Shown: positions 10,116 through 11,741 of the stretch, in pieces
Layout: every line of letters starts with the position of its first letter
Numbering within the stretch: position 1 is the stretch's first letter
Source of the DNA: an uncultured Thermococci archaeon
Lineage (GTDB): Archaea > Methanobacteriota_B > Thermococci > Thermococcales > Thermococcaceae
Assembly: GCA_964615185.1 (NCBI GenBank)
Contig: CAZTOS010000049.1
Coordinates: forward strand, 1-11,741
Direction of reading: 5' to 3'
Length of the DNA: 11,741 nucleotides
The notes under the pieces: generated by a model
The model's database searches: none
Told to the model about the DNA's origin: nothing
What the model saw: only the letters and a program-made list of their open reading frames with translations
Made by a program: the position numbers and the translations under genes

Positions 10116-11741
10116 TCATTTGCCCAGCAGGGTGAACTGGGCAAGCAAAGCTTCAAGCTGAATCATTTCATTTGCTCCCTCTACCAATCTAAAGTTGTAC
10201 TCTCCAATTCTATCAGCTAAAGCAACTTTCTTAGGCTCACTTATTGGCAGATTGAACACTTCTTTATGCATTTGAATGAGGACATCTTCTCCACTTAAAC
10301 CCTGTTTGAGAAGGATTTCTCTGAGCTTTTCCCTTGCTTTAAGGAAGTTGCCCTCTAATGCCATGAGCATCATTTCTCTAACATCCTCTGGTCTTGCCCT
10401 GCTCGCAACCATGAAGACGTTTTCGTCTGTAATATTTGTATCAAGTGCTGCTGCCGCTTGGAGAACGTTAATTGCTCTCCTTAAATCACCTTCAGCAATG
10501 TAAAGAATTGCCTGCAGTCCTTCTTCAGTTAATTCAAGCCCTTCATTTTCTGCTATGAACTTAATTCTCTTTGCAATGTCTTCGTCCTTAAGGGGTCTGA
10601 ATCTGAATATTGCACATCTTGATTGAATTGGCTCGATGATCTTGGAGGAGTAGTTGCAGTTGTGGCTTACAAGCCCGTTGGATATGAAGCTGTGGTCCCT
10701 CGCGCAGGTCACGTCGTAAACATCGAGGTAACCGAGCTCTTCCTTCTTGATGATCCGCTCAACGACATAGCCGTCAAGGGTTCTCTCGCGGATGAACTCC
10801 TTGAAGGTCATGAAGTCCCTCGTTAGACCAATGGGAACTCCTTTAAGCCTATTCACGACGAAGTCCCTCTTAACGCCAAGGACTTTGACTGCTTGGGTTG
10901 GGTTGGTTGAGGTGGCAAGCTCGACGGCTCTCTCGGCAATCTCCGGGAGAATGAGCTCCTTGTAGGCCAGCTTAATTCTGAGGTACTCGCCGACAAGCCT
11001 CGCATAGGCGTCTTTGGCATAGGCGTAGCCGATTCTCGTGAGGAAACGGAGGTAGTTGGCGTCGTTAGGTGTAACAATCAGGCGAACGATGAACTTCTCG
11101 CCCTCGGCGGGGGAGACCACAATCCTTGAATCAACCTCGAACTCCTGGAGAAGCTCAGCCACCTCACTGAAGAACTCCGTTGTCCTTTCGAGACTCTCCT
11201 TTGTTGCGCGCATCTCAAGCTTGATGCCGTTGAAATTGTAGCGCTCCCCACTCGGCTTTGTACCATCTGCCCCGAAGAGTCCCCTCAGGAACTCCCTCTT
11301 AACGAAGAGGTTGCCTCTCTTTATCCACTCCGGAACGGTATAGCCCTTGACCGTTTTGTTGCCGACCTCGACACCCCAGAAGCGCATAAGTGCGTGGAAG
11401 GCCGAGCTGTCAACGTAGAGCATGTGTATTCTGCCCTCGACCTTTCTTCCGCTGATTTCCGAGCTCTCGATTATTTCAGATGGCTTCAGGCCGAGCCTTC
11501 TTAGGTCATCAGCCAGGAGCTCAAGCTCTTCTCTGCTTGAGTTGAACCAAATTCTACGCCATCCCTTGGCCAAGTGACCGTCGCCGAGGAGGAAGCCGAG
11601 GACACGCGCGAGGATTCCGGCTCTTTCGTCATCATAGCGGACGAGCCACATCTCCCTGACCTCTCTCAGGATGTTGTATGCAATTCCGTTTATCTCGCCG
11701 TTGAGGAGCTTCCTGACGATTGAGTAGCTCACTTCAATCCC
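10116..11741 (-). CDS. rfcS: Replication factor C small subunit, intein-containing (partial; 5' end outside the window). C-extein = 10116..10658
   Basis: C-extein [15 protein letters not shown] (SRC arginine finger), [34 protein letters not shown]. The frame is open to the window edge (GGG ATT GAA GTG...), so the GTG at 11732 is not the true start. Confidence 0.96.
   Translation of the reverse strand, partial: GIEVSYSIVRKLLNGEINGIAYNILREVREMWLVRYDDERAGILARVLGFLLGDGHLAKGWRRIWFNSSREELELLADDLRRLGLKPSEIIESSEISGRKVEGRIHMLYVDSSAFHALMRFWGVEVGNKTVKGYTVPEWIKRGNLFVKREFLRGLFGADGTKPSGERYNFNGIKLEMRATKESLERTTEFFSEVAELLQEFEVDSRIVVSPAEGEKFIVRLIVTPNDANYLRFLTRIGYAYAKDAYARLVGEYLRIKLAYKELILPEIAERAVELATSTNPTQAVKVLGVKRDFVVNRLKGVPIGLTRDFMTFKEFIRERTLDGYVVERIIKKEELGYLDVYDVTCARDHSFISNGLVSHNCNYSSKIIEPIQSRCAIFRFRPLKDEDIAKRIKFIAENEGLELTEEGLQAILYIAEGDLRRAINVLQAAAALDTNITDENVFMVASRARPEDVREMMLMALEGNFLKAREKLREILLKQGLSGEDVLIQMHKEVFNLPISEPKKVALADRIGEYNFRLVEGANEMIQLEALLAQFTLLGK
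10659..11741 (-). mobile_element. Intein with LAGLIDADG homing endonuclease in rfcS (partial), at the sensor-1 S/CN site; Pab RFC-2-like allele
   Basis: Block [17 protein letters not shown] and block G VSHN followed by a +1 Cys (junction 10659/10658). LAGLIDADG blocks VLGFLLGDG (11577-11603) and [10 protein letters not shown] (11262-11291); GNK block D; FLTRIGY block H. Sharp GC increase relative to the host. Confidence 0.96.

Noticed and set aside
10623..11266. Alternate-frame ORFs within the intein as cargo genes
   Set aside because: Higher GC lowers stop-codon frequency, and the main frame accounts for all intein and endonuclease motifs.
11730..11732. A free-standing endonuclease-RFC fusion starting at GTG 11732
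   Set aside because: The frame is open to the window edge, and the HN|C junction shows an intein. The N-extein and N-terminal splicing blocks lie outside the window.

Overview
Hyperthermophilic archaeal DNA of the order Thermococcales, inferred from the 16S sequence and protein families. The host DNA is roughly 38-40% GC in hand-counted lines, which suggests a low-GC Thermococcus/Pyrococcus-type genome. The window is mostly core housekeeping sequence. From left to right: the 5' end of the 16S rRNA gene with its structured leader and promoter (minus); an ASCH / DUF1614-like membrane protein / prs operon (minus); a divergent MBL-fold hydrolase / radB pair (plus); fau-1 with an overlapping uncharacterised coiled-coil + winged-helix gene (minus); moaA and trm5a/taw22 (plus); a small 4-TM protein; and rfcL and the 3' part of rfcS (minus). 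rfcS is interrupted by a LAGLIDADG homing-endonuclease intein. I see no convincing new multi-gene system. The strongest unusual signal is the intein: it is about 55% GC, and its G/C-ending codon usage continues for 9 codons into the host C-extein, consistent with recent horizontal homing plus co-conversion of flanking DNA. The best candidate for unexplored biology is the coiled-coil/wHTH gene overlapping fau-1. Family assignments come from motif recognition and memory; no database search was run.
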